DNA from: Haliotis rubra
Taxonomy: Eukaryota
Direction of reading: 5' to 3'
Assembly: GCF_003918875.1 (NCBI RefSeq)
Contig: NW_025767635.1
Location: 62,001-126,000 of the forward strand
Length of the DNA: 64,000 nt
A program made the position numbers and the translations under genes. The stretch's first letter is position 1, and each line of letters begins with the position of its first letter. The notes beneath the pieces are model-generated. The model was not told the origin of the DNA. It did not search any database and saw only the letters and a list, made by a program, of their open reading frames with translations. This document shows, piece by piece, positions 50,728 to 61,777 of this stretch.

Positions 50728-53385
50728 TCACCATCTGCATCCCCATCTGCAACCCCATAGCCTTCACCATCTGCATCCCCTTCTGCTTCCCCATCTCAAT
50801 TCCCCATCTGCATCCCCTTCTGTTTCCCCATCTACATCTTCATCCGTATTCCCATCCATATCCCCATCTACATCCCCATTTGTTTCCTCATATACATCCC
50901 GATTTCTTTCATCTACATCCCCATGCCCACCTTCATCCCCATCTGCATCCCCACCTACATCCCCATCTACATCCCCATCTACATCCTCAATTACATCCCC
51001 ATCTACATCCCCATCTGCACCCCCACCTACATCCCCATCTGCATCCCCATCTGCATCCCGATTTCTTTCATCTATATCCCCATCCCATCCCCATCTACAT
51101 CCCTATCTATCTACATCCCCATCTGCATCCCCACCTACATCCCCATCTTTCATCCCTACCTACATCCCCATCTACATCCCCATCTGCATCCCTATCCCAT
51201 CCCTGACTACATCCCCATCTGCATCCCCACCTGCATCCCCATCTGCATCACCATGCCCACCTACATCCCCATCTGTATCCTGCATCCCCACCTACATCCC
51301 CATCTGCATCCCCATCTGCATCCATCCCCATCCCACATCTACATCCCCATCTGCATCCCCATCTGCATCCCATCTACATCCCCATCTACATCCCCATCTA
51401 CATCCCCATCTACATCCCCATCTGCATCCCCATCTGCATCCCCATCAACCCTACATCCTTCTACCATCTGCATCCCCTACCTGCATCCCCATCTACATCC
51501 CCATCTACATCCCCTTCTGTTTCCATCTACATCCCATCTGTTTCACTATCCCCATCCTGTATTCCCATACATCCCCATCTACATCCCCATTTGTTTCCTC
51601 ATATACATCCCCATTTCTTTTCATCTACATCCCCATGCCTATCTACATCCCCATCTGCATCCCCACCTACATCCCCTATCTACATCCCTATCTACATCCC
51701 CATCTACATCCCCATCTACACCCCTTCATGCAATCCCCATCTGCATCCCTATCTGTATCCCATATTTTCATCTACATCCCCATGCATCATCTACATGCCC
51801 ATCTGCATCTTCATCCTACATCCCCATCCCACATCCCCTACACATCCCCATCCCTCACCCTACATCCTATCTACATCCCCATCTACTCCCCACCTACATC
51901 CCATCTGCATCTCCATCTGCATCACCATGCCCACCTACATCACCTCCCCATCTACATCCCCATGCATACATCCCCATCCATCCCCATCTACATCCCCATC
52001 TGCATCCCCATCTGCATTCCCACCTACATCCCCATCTACATCACCATCTGCATCCCCATCTACATCCCCACCTACATCCCCATCTGCATCACCATCTGCA
52101 TCACCATGCCCACCTACATCCCCACCTACATCCCCATCTGCATCCCCATCTGCATCACCATGCCCACCTACATCCCCACCTACATCCCCATCTGCATCCC
52201 CATCTCTACCTATCCATCTACATCCCCATCTGCATCCCCATCTACATCCCCATCTACATCCCCATCTGCATCCCCATCTACATCACCACCTACGTCCCCA
52301 TCTACATCCCCATTTGTGTTTTTTTCAAGACACCGTATTCCAGTTAGTATTCTGTGTGGTGTGGTAGCCAAGTTCTTAAAACATTCACTTATCACGCTAT
52401 CACTATCTGCATCCCCATCTACATCTCCATCTACATCCCCATCTGCATCTCCATCTGTATCCCCATCTGTATCCCCATGCCCATCTACATCGCCATCTGC
52501 AACCCCATCTACATCCCCATGCCCATCTACATCCCCATCTGCATCCCCACCTACAACCCATCTACATCCCCATGCCCATCTACATCCCCACCTACAACCC
52601 ATCAACATCCCCATGCCCATCTGCATCCCCATCTGCATCCCCACCTGCATCACCATCTACATCGCGATTTCTCTCCCCAATTACATACCCATCTGCATCC
52701 CCACCTACATCCCAATCTACATCCCCATCTACATCCCCACCTACATCCCCATCTGCATCCCCATCTGCATCACCATGCCCACCTACATCCCCATCTACAT
52801 CACCACCTACGTCCCCATCTACATCCCCATCTGTGTTTTTTTTCAAGACACCGTATTCCAGTTAGTATTCTGTGTGGTGTGGTAGCCAAGTTCTTAAAAC
52901 ATTCACTTATCATGCCATCACTATCTGCATCCCCATCTACATCTCCATCTACATCCCCATCTGCATCCCCATCTACATCTCCATCTACATCCCCATCTGC
53001 ATCTCCCATCTGTATCCCCATGCCCATCTACATCGCCATCTGCAACCCCATCTACATCCCATGCCCATCTACATCCCCATCTGCATCCCCACCTACAACC
53101 CATCTACATCCCCATGCCCATCTACATCCCCATCTGCATCCCCACCTACAACCCATCAACATCCCCATGCCCATCTTCATCCCCATCTGCATCCCCACCT
53201 GCATCACCATCTACATCGCGATTTCTTTCCCCAATTACATACCCATCTGCATCCCTACCTACATCCCAATCTACATCCCCATCTACATCCCCACCTACAT
53301 CCCCATCTGCATCCCCATCTGCATCACCATGCCCACCTACATCCCCATCTACATCACCACCTACGTCCCCATCTACATCCCCATC
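50728..53385. repeat. Degenerate 12-bp array (CATCCCCATCT[A/G])n containing ~520-550-bp tandem duplications
   Basis: Direct inspection; unique spacer TTTTCAAGACACCGTATTCCAG recurs at ~52320, ~52840 and ~53395. Confidence 0.95.
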
Positions 53386-53424
53386 TGTGTTTTTTTTCAA
53401 GACACCGTATTCCAGTTAGTATTC

Positions 53425-53594
53425 TGTGTGGTGTGGTAGCCAAGTTCTTAAAACATTCACTTATCACGCCAAAGGCCCATGTTCGAATCCCCACTTGGGT
53501 ACAATGTGTCAAGCCAATTTCTTGTGTCCCCCGCTGTGATATCGCTGGACTATTGCAAAAAGTGGCGTAAAGCTAAACTCACTCCTGCACTCCC
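53425..53594 (+). mobile_element. Old, diverged SINE family B copy
   Basis: GGTAGCCAAG..., GTTCGAATCCC, GGGTACAATGTGT and tail GGCGTAAAGCTAAACTCACTC; TSD GTTAGTATTC at 53415-53424 and 53595-53604. Confidence 0.82.
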
Positions 53595-53687
53595 GTTAGT
53601 ATTCCCTGTTGCTCATGTCTGCATGGCATATTGGTTATATTGCTGTCCATGGTTATGTTATTGATGCGTAACATTATTTACGGGCAG

Positions 53688-53885
53688 GATGGAGGGACTC
53701 CTCTGTTTGTGGCCTGCCAGTGCAATCACCTTGATGTGGTGGAAGAGCTCCTGGCACATGGTGCTGATATCCATGCACAGATGATAGATGGTGCGACTCC
53801 CCTCTTCATCACAGCACAGAATGGTCATGTCAAGTTGCTCAAGTATCTACTAGAGAAGGGAGCAGATATCAACATGAAGAGGAAG
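53688..53885 (+). CDS. ANKRD29: ANKRD29-like internal coding exon (198 bp, two ankyrin repeats, phase 0)
   Basis: gcag|DGGTPLFVACQCNHLDVVEELLAHGADIHAQMIDGATPLFITAQNGHVKLLKYLLEKGADINMKRK|gtaaga. Confidence 0.9.
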
Positions 53886-53902
53886 GTAAGATGCGTGTGT
53901 AG

Positions 53903-55120
53903 AGAGATAGGTAGGACATTACTATAACGGGCTGGCAGATAGCTAGGACATTATTATAACTTGGGCTGGGAGATAGAGAGGACATTATAATAACTTGGGC
54001 TGGCAGATAGCTAGGACACTAATAATGGGCTGGGAGATAGGTAGGACGGCTGGGAAATAGGTAGGACATTATAATAACTTGGGCTGGTAGATAGGTAGGA
54101 CATTATAATAACTTGGGCTGGGAGATAGGTAGGACATTATAATAACTTGGGCTGGGAGATAGGTAGGACATTATAATAACTTGGGCTGGGAGATAGGCTA
54201 GGACATTATAATAACTTGGGCTGGGAGATAGGTAGGACATTATAATAACTTGGGCTGGGAGATAGGTAGGACATTATAATAACTTGGGCTGGGAGATAGC
54301 TAGGTAGGACATTATTATAACTTGGGCTGGGAGATAGGTAGGACATTATAATAACTTGGGCTGGGAGATAGGTAGGACATTATAATAACTTGGGCTGGGA
54401 GATAGGTAGGACATTATAATAACTTGGGTGGGAGATTAGGACATTATATAACTTGGGCTGGGAGATAGGTAGGACATTATAATAACTTGGGCTGGGAGAT
54501 AGGTAGGACATAATAACTTGGGCTGGGAAGATAGGTAGGACATTATAATAACTGGGCTAGGACATTATAATAACTTGGGTGAGATAGGTAGATAGGTAGG
54601 ACATTATAATAACTTGGGCTGGTAGAAAGCTAGGACATTATTATAACTTTGGCTGGGAGATAGGTAGGACATTATAATAACTTGGGCTGGGAGATAGGTA
54701 GGACATTATAATAACTTGGGCAGGTAGATAGGTAGGACATTATTATAACTTGGGCTGGGAGATAGCTAGGACATTATTATAACTTGGGCTGGGAGATAGC
54801 TAACACATTATCATAACTTGGGCTGGTAGATAGGTAGGACATTATAATAACTTGGGCAGGTAGATGGTGGTAGATAGCTAGGACATTATAATAACTTGGG
54901 CTGGGAGATAGGTAGGACATTATAATAACCTGGGCTGTGAGAAAGCTAGGACATTATAATAACTTGGGCTGGTAGATAGCTAGGACATTATTATAACTTG
55001 GGCTTGTACATGGGTAGGTCGTTATAATAACTTGGGTTGGGAGATGGGTAGGACATTATAATAACTTGGGCTGGGAGATAGCAAGGACATTATAAAAACT
55101 TGGGCTGTGAGATAGCTGGA
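53903..55120. repeat. 34-bp intronic minisatellite (GGCTGGGAGATAGGTAGGACATTATAATAACTTG)n
   Basis: Direct tandem units starting ~18 bp after the splice donor. Confidence 0.95.
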
Positions 55121-55217
55121 CTTTTGAGCTCAAACTCTGGGATAGCCGGAAATAGCTATGCCTTGAAATATTTGGACCTGTTTGATAGTTTGGGTTGTGG
55201 GATAGCTCAAACTGGGT

Positions 55218-55607
55218 TATAGCTAGGACGGTGAGAGCCAGTACTGTGGGTAGCTTGTACAGTGAGATAGCTAGGACGGTGAGAGCCAGTACTGTGGGTA
55301 GCTTGTACAGTGAGATAGCTAGGACGGTGAGAGTCAGTACTATGGGTAGTTTGTACAGTGAGATAGCTAGGACGGTGAGAGCCAGTACTGTGGGTAGCTT
55401 GTACAGTGAGATAGCTAGGACGGTGAGAGTCAGTACTATGGGTAGCTTGTACAGTGAGATAGCTAGGACGGTGAGAGTCAGTACTATCGGTAGCTTGTAC
55501 AGTGAGATAGCTAGGACGGTGAGAGTCAGTACTGTGGGTAGCTTGTACAGTGAGATAGCTAGGACAGTGAGAGTCAGTACTATGGGTAGCTTGTACAGTG
55601 AGATAGT
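55218..55607. repeat. 48-bp intronic minisatellite
   Basis: ATAGCTAGGACGGTGAGAGYCAGTACTRTGGGTAGCTTGTACAGTGAG, ~8 copies. Confidence 0.95.
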
Positions 55608-55676
55608 AAGGTATGTTTGATAGATATTTTTGTGAGATAGCTTGGCTCTTTGGATAGCTTGGACTGTTGGTAAGCA

Positions 55677-56304
55677 AGGACAGTGAGATAGTTAGGACAG
55701 TGAGACAGTTAGCACCGTGAGATAGTTAGGACCGTGAGATAGTTAGGACTGTGAGATAGTTAGGACTGTGAGATAGTTAGGACTGTGAGATAGTTAGGAC
55801 TGTGAGACAGTTAGGACTGTGAGATAGTTAGGACAGTGAGACAGTTAGGACTGTGAGATAGTTAGGATTATGAGATAGTTAGGACAGTGAGACAGTTAGG
55901 ACAGTGAGACAGTTAGGACTGTGAGACAGTTAGGACAGTGAGACAGTTAGGACAGTGAGACAGTTAGGACAGTGAGACAGTTAGGACTGTGAGACAGTTA
56001 GGACTGTGAGACATTTAGGACTGTGAGATAGTTAGGACTGTGAGATAGTTAGGACAGTGAGACAGTTAGGACTGTGAGACATTTAGGACAATCTGATAGT
56101 TAGGATTGTGAGATAGTTAGGACAGTGAGACAGTTAGGACCGTGAGATAGTCAGGACAGTGAGACAGTTAGGACTGTGAGACAGTTAGGACTGTGAGATA
56201 GTTAGGACAGTGAGATAGTTAGGACAGTGAGACAGTTAGGACTGTGAGACAGTTACATATGTTCGATAGTCAGGACAGTGAGACAGTTAGGACAGTGAGA
56301 TAGT
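55677..56304. repeat. 17-bp intronic minisatellite (GTTAGGACWGTGAGAYA)n
   Basis: Direct tandem units. Confidence 0.96.
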
Positions 56305-56390
56305 TGTGATAAACCAACTCCACCTTACTTTTGGTGATCCTTTTCATGCTTTTCTATATCATATCTACATACTTCCAAACTCAATTCAAG

Positions 56391-56489
56391 GATCATGCCA
56401 CCCCATTGTGGATAGCTGCACAGATGGGACATGCCCCAGTTGTCAAGGTGATGCTGGAGTCAGGAGCAGAAGTGGATGCCACCAGAGAA
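56391..56489 (+). CDS. ANKRD29: ANKRD29-like internal coding exon (99 bp, phase 0)
   Basis: ttcaag|DHATPLWIAAQMGHAPVVKVMLESGAEVDATRE|gtatgt; PLWIA.QMGH..VV.VML..GA matches ANKRD29 as I recall it; AAG acceptor. Confidence 0.88.
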
Positions 56490-56580
56490 GTATGTGGGAA
56501 ATGGGATGAAATGGGTGGCGAGTTCAATCAAGATGATGACAAACTTGGCATACTGCACTAGCAAGATAATCCTTACCTGT

Positions 56581-57283
56581 ACATCCTGTCTGAGTGTTTA
56601 CCCTGACCCCCACATCCTGTCTGAGTGTTTACCCTGACCCCGCATCCTGTCTGAGTGTTTATCCTGACACCCGCATCCTGTCTGAGTGTTTATCCTGACC
56701 CCCACATCCTGTCTGAGTGTTTATCCTGAGCCCACATCCTGTCTGAGTGTTTACCCTGACCCCCACATCCTGTCTGAGTGTTGATACTGACCCCCACTTC
56801 CTGTCTGAGTGTTTATCCTGACCCCCACATCCTGTCTGAGTGTTTACCCTGACCCCAACATCCTGTCTGAGTGTTTACCCTGACCCCTGCATCCTGTCTG
56901 AATGTTTACCCTGACCCCAACATCCTGTCTGAATGTTTACCCTGACCCCACATCCTGTCTGAGTGTTTACCCTGACCCCACATCCTGCCTGAGTGTTTAC
57001 CCTGACCCCCACATCCTGTCTGAGTGTTTACCCTGACCCCCACATCCTGTCTGAGTGTTTACCCTGACCCCCACATCCTGTCTGAGTGTTTACCCTGACC
57101 CCAAGATGATTATGATAACAAACTTGGCATACTGCACTAGCAAGATAATCCTTACCTGTACATCCTGTCTGAGTGTTTATCCCATCACCCGCATCCTATC
57201 TGAGTGTTTACCCTGACCCCCACATCCTATCTGAATGTTTACCCTGACCCCTGCATCCTGTCTGAATGTTTACTCTGACCCCT
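56581..57283. repeat. 31-bp intronic minisatellite (ACATCCTGTCTGAGTGTTTACCCTGACCCCC)n in two blocks
   Basis: Direct tandem units; the unique left flank is repeated at ~57102-57160. Confidence 0.95.
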
Positions 57284-60160
57284 GCATCAGTAGGGTGTCA
57301 CTGCTGGTTGGAGGAGCTCAGCATCAGTAGGGTGTCTCTGCTGGTTGGAGGAACTCAGAATCAGTAAGGTGTCATTGATTGTTGGAGGAACTCAGCATCA
57401 GTAGGGTGTCTCTGCTGGTTGGAGGAACTCAGCATCAGTAGGGTGTCACTGCTGGTTGGAGGAGCTCAGCATCAGTAGGGTGTCTCTGCTGGTTGGAGGA
57501 ACTCAGCATCAGTAGGGTGTCTCTGCTGGTTGGAGGAGCTCAGCATCAGTAGGGTGTCACTGCTGGTTGGAGGAGCTCAGCATCAGTAGGGTGTCTCTGC
57601 TGGATGGAGGAACTCAGCATCAGTAGGGTGTCATTGATGGTTGGAGGAACTCAGCATCAGTAGGGTGTCATTGCTGGTTGGAGGAGCTCAGCATCAGTAG
57701 GGTGTCTCTGCTGGTTGGAGGAGCTCAGCATCAGTAGGGTGTCTCTGCTGGTTGGAGGAGCTCAGCATCAGTAGGGTGTCACTGCTGGTTGGAGGAGCTC
57801 AGCATCAGTTGGGTGTCACTGCTGGTTGGAGGAGCTCAGCATCAGTAGGTCATCATTGATGGTTGGAGGAGCTCAGCATCAGTAGGGTGTCTCTGCTGGT
57901 TGGAGGAACTCAGCATCAGTAGGTCATCATTGATGGTTGGAGGAGCTCAGCATCAGTTGGGTGTCACTGCTGGTTGGAGGAGCTCAGCATCAGTTGGGTG
58001 TCACTGCTGGTTGGAGGAACTCAGCATCAGTAGGGTGTCACTGCTGGTTGGTGGAACTCAGCATCAGTAGGGTGTCTCTGCTGGTTGGAGGAACTCAGCA
58101 TCAGTAGGGTGTCTCTGCTGGTTGGAGGAACTCAGCATCAGTAGGGTGTCTCTGCTGGTTGGAGGAACTCAGCATCAGTTGGGTGTCTCTGCTGGTTGGA
58201 GGAGCTCAACATCAGTAGGGTGTCACTGCTGGTTGGAGGAGCTCAGCATCAGTAGGGTGTCATTGATGGTTGGAGGAGCTCAGCATCAGTAGGGTGTCAT
58301 TGATGGTTGGAGGAACTCAGCATCAGTAGGGTGTCTCTGCTGGTTGGAGGAGCTCAGCATCAGTAGGGTGTCACTGCTGGTTGGAGGAGCTCAGCATCAG
58401 TAGGGTGTCTCTGCTGGTTGGAGGAACTCAGCATCAGTAGGGTGTCACTGCTGGTTGGAGGAACTCAGCATCAGTAGGGTGTCTGCTGGTTGGAGGAACT
58501 CAGCATCAGTAGGGTGTCTCTGCTGGTTGGAGGAACTCAGCATCAGTTGGGTGTCATTGATGGTTGGAGGAGCTCAGCATCAGTTGGGTGTCACTGCTGG
58601 TTGGAGGAACTCAGCATCAGTAGGGTGTCTCTGCTGGTTGGAGGAGCTCAGCATCAGTAGGGTGTCTCTGCTGGTTGGAGGAACTCAGCATCAGTAGGGT
58701 GTCTCTGCTGGTTGGAGGAACTCAGCATCAGTAGGGTGTCATTGATGGTTGGAGGAACTCAGCATCAGTAGGGTGTCTCTGCTGGTTGGAGGAGCTCAGC
58801 ATCAGTAGGGTGTCTCTGCTGGTTGGAGGAACTCAGCATCAGTAGGGTGTCTCTGCTGGTTGGAGGAACTCAGCATCAGTAGGGTGTCATTGACGGTTGG
58901 AGGAACTCAGCATCAGTAGGGTGTCTCTGCTGGTTGGAGGAACTCAGCATCAGTAGGGTGTCATTGATGGTTGGAGGAGCTCAGCATCAGTTGGGTGTCA
59001 CTGCTGGTTGGAGGAGCTCAGCATCAGTAGGGTGTCATTGATGGTTGGAGGAACTCAGCATCAGTAGAGTGTCTCTGCTGGTTGGAGGAACTCAGCATCA
59101 GTTGGGTGTCATTGATGGTTGGAGGAGCTCAGCATCAGTTGGGTGTCACTGCTGGTTGGAGGAACTCAGCATCAGTAGGGTGTCACTGCTGGTTGGAGGA
59201 GCTCAGCATCAGTAGGGTGTCTCTGCTGGTTGGAGGAACTCAGCATCAGTTGGGTGTCACTGCTGGTTGGAGGAGCTCAGCATCAGTAGGGTGTCTCTGC
59301 TGGTTGGAGGAACTCAGCATCAGTTGGATGTCACTGCTGGTTGGAGGAACTCAGCATCAGTAGGGTGTCACTGCTGGTTGGTGGAACTCAGCATCAGTAG
59401 GGTGTCACTGCTGGTTGGAGGAACTCAGCATCAGTTGGGTGTCACTGCTGGTTGGAGGAGCTCAGCATCAGTTGGGTGTCACTGCTGGTTGGAGGAACTC
59501 AGCATCAGTTGGGTGTCACTGCTGGTTGGTGGAACTCAGCATCAGTTGGGTGTCTCTGCTGGTTGGTGGAACTCAGCATCAGTTGGGTGTCACTGCTGGT
59601 TGGAGGAGCTCAGCATCAGTAGGGTGTCTCTGCTGGTTGGAGGAGCTCAGCATCAGTAGGGTGTCTCTGCTGGTTGGAGGAACTCAGCATCAGTAGGGTG
59701 TCTCTGCTGGTTGGAGGAGCTCAGCATCAGTAGGGTGTCTCTGCTGGTTGGAGGAGCTCAGCATCAGTTGGGTGTCACTGCTGGTTGGAGGAGCTCAGCA
59801 TCAGTTGGGTGTCACTGCTGGTTGGAGGAGCTCAGCATCAGTAGGTCATCATTGATGGTTGGAGGAGCTCAGCATCAGTAGGGTGTCTCTGCTGGTTGGA
59901 GGAGCTCAGCATCAGTAGGTCATCATTGATGGTTGGAGGAGCTCAGCATCAGTTGGGTGTCACTGCTGGTTGGAGGAGCTCAGCATCAGTTGGGTGTCAC
60001 TGCTGGTTGGAGGAACTCAGCATCAGTAGGGTGTCACTGCTGGTTGGTGGAACTCAGCATCAGTAGGGTGTCTCTGCTGGTTGGAGGAACTCAGCATCAG
60101 TAAGGTGTCATTGATTGTTGGAGGAGCTCTGCCTCAGTAGCTTGTCATTGATGGTGGAGG
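57284..60160. repeat. 37-bp minisatellite (CAGCATCAGTAGGGTGTCTCTGCTGGTTGGAGGARCT)n
   Basis: About 2.9 kb of direct tandem units. Confidence 0.97.
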
Positions 60161-60174
60161 ATCACACTCATTAA

Positions 60175-61448
60175 TTTGATTTAAACATATTTATTCAAGA
60201 GAATGACTTGGGTACAAGTTATGCCAATTTAGTGAAACCCTGTCCTATTTACAGTGCTTACATGGAAAAGTGAAACAAACTATATGTACAGGGATAGAAA
60301 GATATATACAAAAGGATATATACAATACAATTAATACATGAATTATTTATTTAGATCATAAACATTATATCCAATAACTGAACCTTTTGAGTTTGCTATA
60401 TATTTTTGAACTTCTTTAAAAATTTGAATATTGTCACTGTACAGAAGATCTGCACTGCCATTTAATAGTACGATTAGGTTTGTTGGTGCTCTAATGTTAC
60501 AAATTCTGCTAATATTTTGAAACACTTCCTGTCTGATATTAGAACACAAAGAACATTCCATAAAATAATGCTGAGAATTTTCACAGGTGAATTTACAATG
60601 ACATTCGGGGTTCTCTATAAGACCAATCCTATATAGATCACCACTTCATCTACTATTTGAATATCTTAGCTGGGTACGAATTACATTGAGTTTTCTATTA
60701 CCAAATGAGAAATATCCTGGTGCTTTTGACTTACGCGAGTTTATATGCGTTCTAAAACTTTTGAGGGAAACTGATTCTCTAACATATAAAGGGAGATTAT
60801 TCCAAAGTTGTGAAGATGATGGGAAAAATGATTGACTGTAGAGATTTGTGCAGGAATAAGACAGGGAAAGATCATGAATGTTTCTAAGATTATAATTTGT
60901 CCTAGATTTGTCCTAAATCACAAAGGTAGGATGGAACATTTTTGTTGTAGATATTATAGAATAAAGACAGTTTACGACATCTTATTCTTTCTTTTAACAA
61001 TTGCCAACCTGTTTCATACATTAGAGTATCTCTAGTAGCATATTTTGGTAAACCAGTAACTATCCTGGGGGCCTCAAACTGAACTTTTTCAATTTATCGG
61101 TTAAATCTGCCGAACAACCATCCCACAATTCACAAGCATATTCAAGATGTGGTCTTATAAATACAATAAAAATCTTATTTAGAGTGTCTCTGTTTAACAT
61201 GAACTTAAATTTTCTCATTGATGAAACCATCAAGGACGTTGTTCTTACAATGTTATCAATGTGGGTGTTCCATTTACAATCAGAAGAAAATGTTACTCCT
61301 AGATGTTTGAGATTTTTCCAAACATACACACTGATTTTCAAATTCTAAATTTAGAATTGAAGTACTATTCTTAAGACTGAAAAGTATAGCTTCTGTTTTG
61401 TTGGGATTGTATGTCACAAGCCAATGTTTTGCCCAGCACGATAAATAT
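60175..61448 (-). mobile_element. CR1-clade LINE, degenerate 3' portion, interrupted by a Gypsy LTR element
   Basis: LSCWAKHWLVTYNPNKTE and KHLGVTFSSDCKWNTHI...IRPHLEYACELWDGC, typical of the CR1 RT C-terminal region; 3' UTR with minus-strand AATAAA at ~60190. Confidence 0.88.
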
Positions 61449-61637
61449 TGTAGCGTCTAGATGCTATCGCGGTTCTTTGGAACCTGGCGTGGGACACGCT
61501 ACTATGGACGACAGACGACAAGCGCGTTGTGTTAGGTTGCCATCTTTATTTCGTCTGCTGTACACCACGTGACATTAGTCGCGCGTAGCTGTAAGGCGTG
61601 ACTAGTCGAGCAGGCAGTACTACACGATAACACTACA
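61449..61637 (-). repeat. 3' LTR (189 bp) of the Gypsy element
   Basis: TGTAG...CTACA inverted termini; minus-strand AATAAA; immediately preceded on the minus strand by PPT AAAAGGGGGGCAG (61638-61650). Confidence 0.9.
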
Positions 61638-61777
61638 CTGCCCCCCTTTTTAATAAGAATGGACAATCATGACTTTGTTTAATTAACGTGACTACAAATT
61701 CAGTTTTTCAGGTTTCTTGATCTGCCGGCCTTTCCTGCTGAAGAGTACTACTGGAGAAGCCGCCAGTAGAGACCGGT

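Noticed and set aside
50705-53570. 726-aa Ser/Pro/His-rich ORF and overlapping ORFs
   Set aside because: Lies inside an ANKRD29-like intron and consists of a 12-bp array plus duplicated SINE heads.
1-60160. CRISPR-like arrays
   Set aside because: Repeats are head-to-tail with no unique spacers; no cas genes; eukaryotic context.
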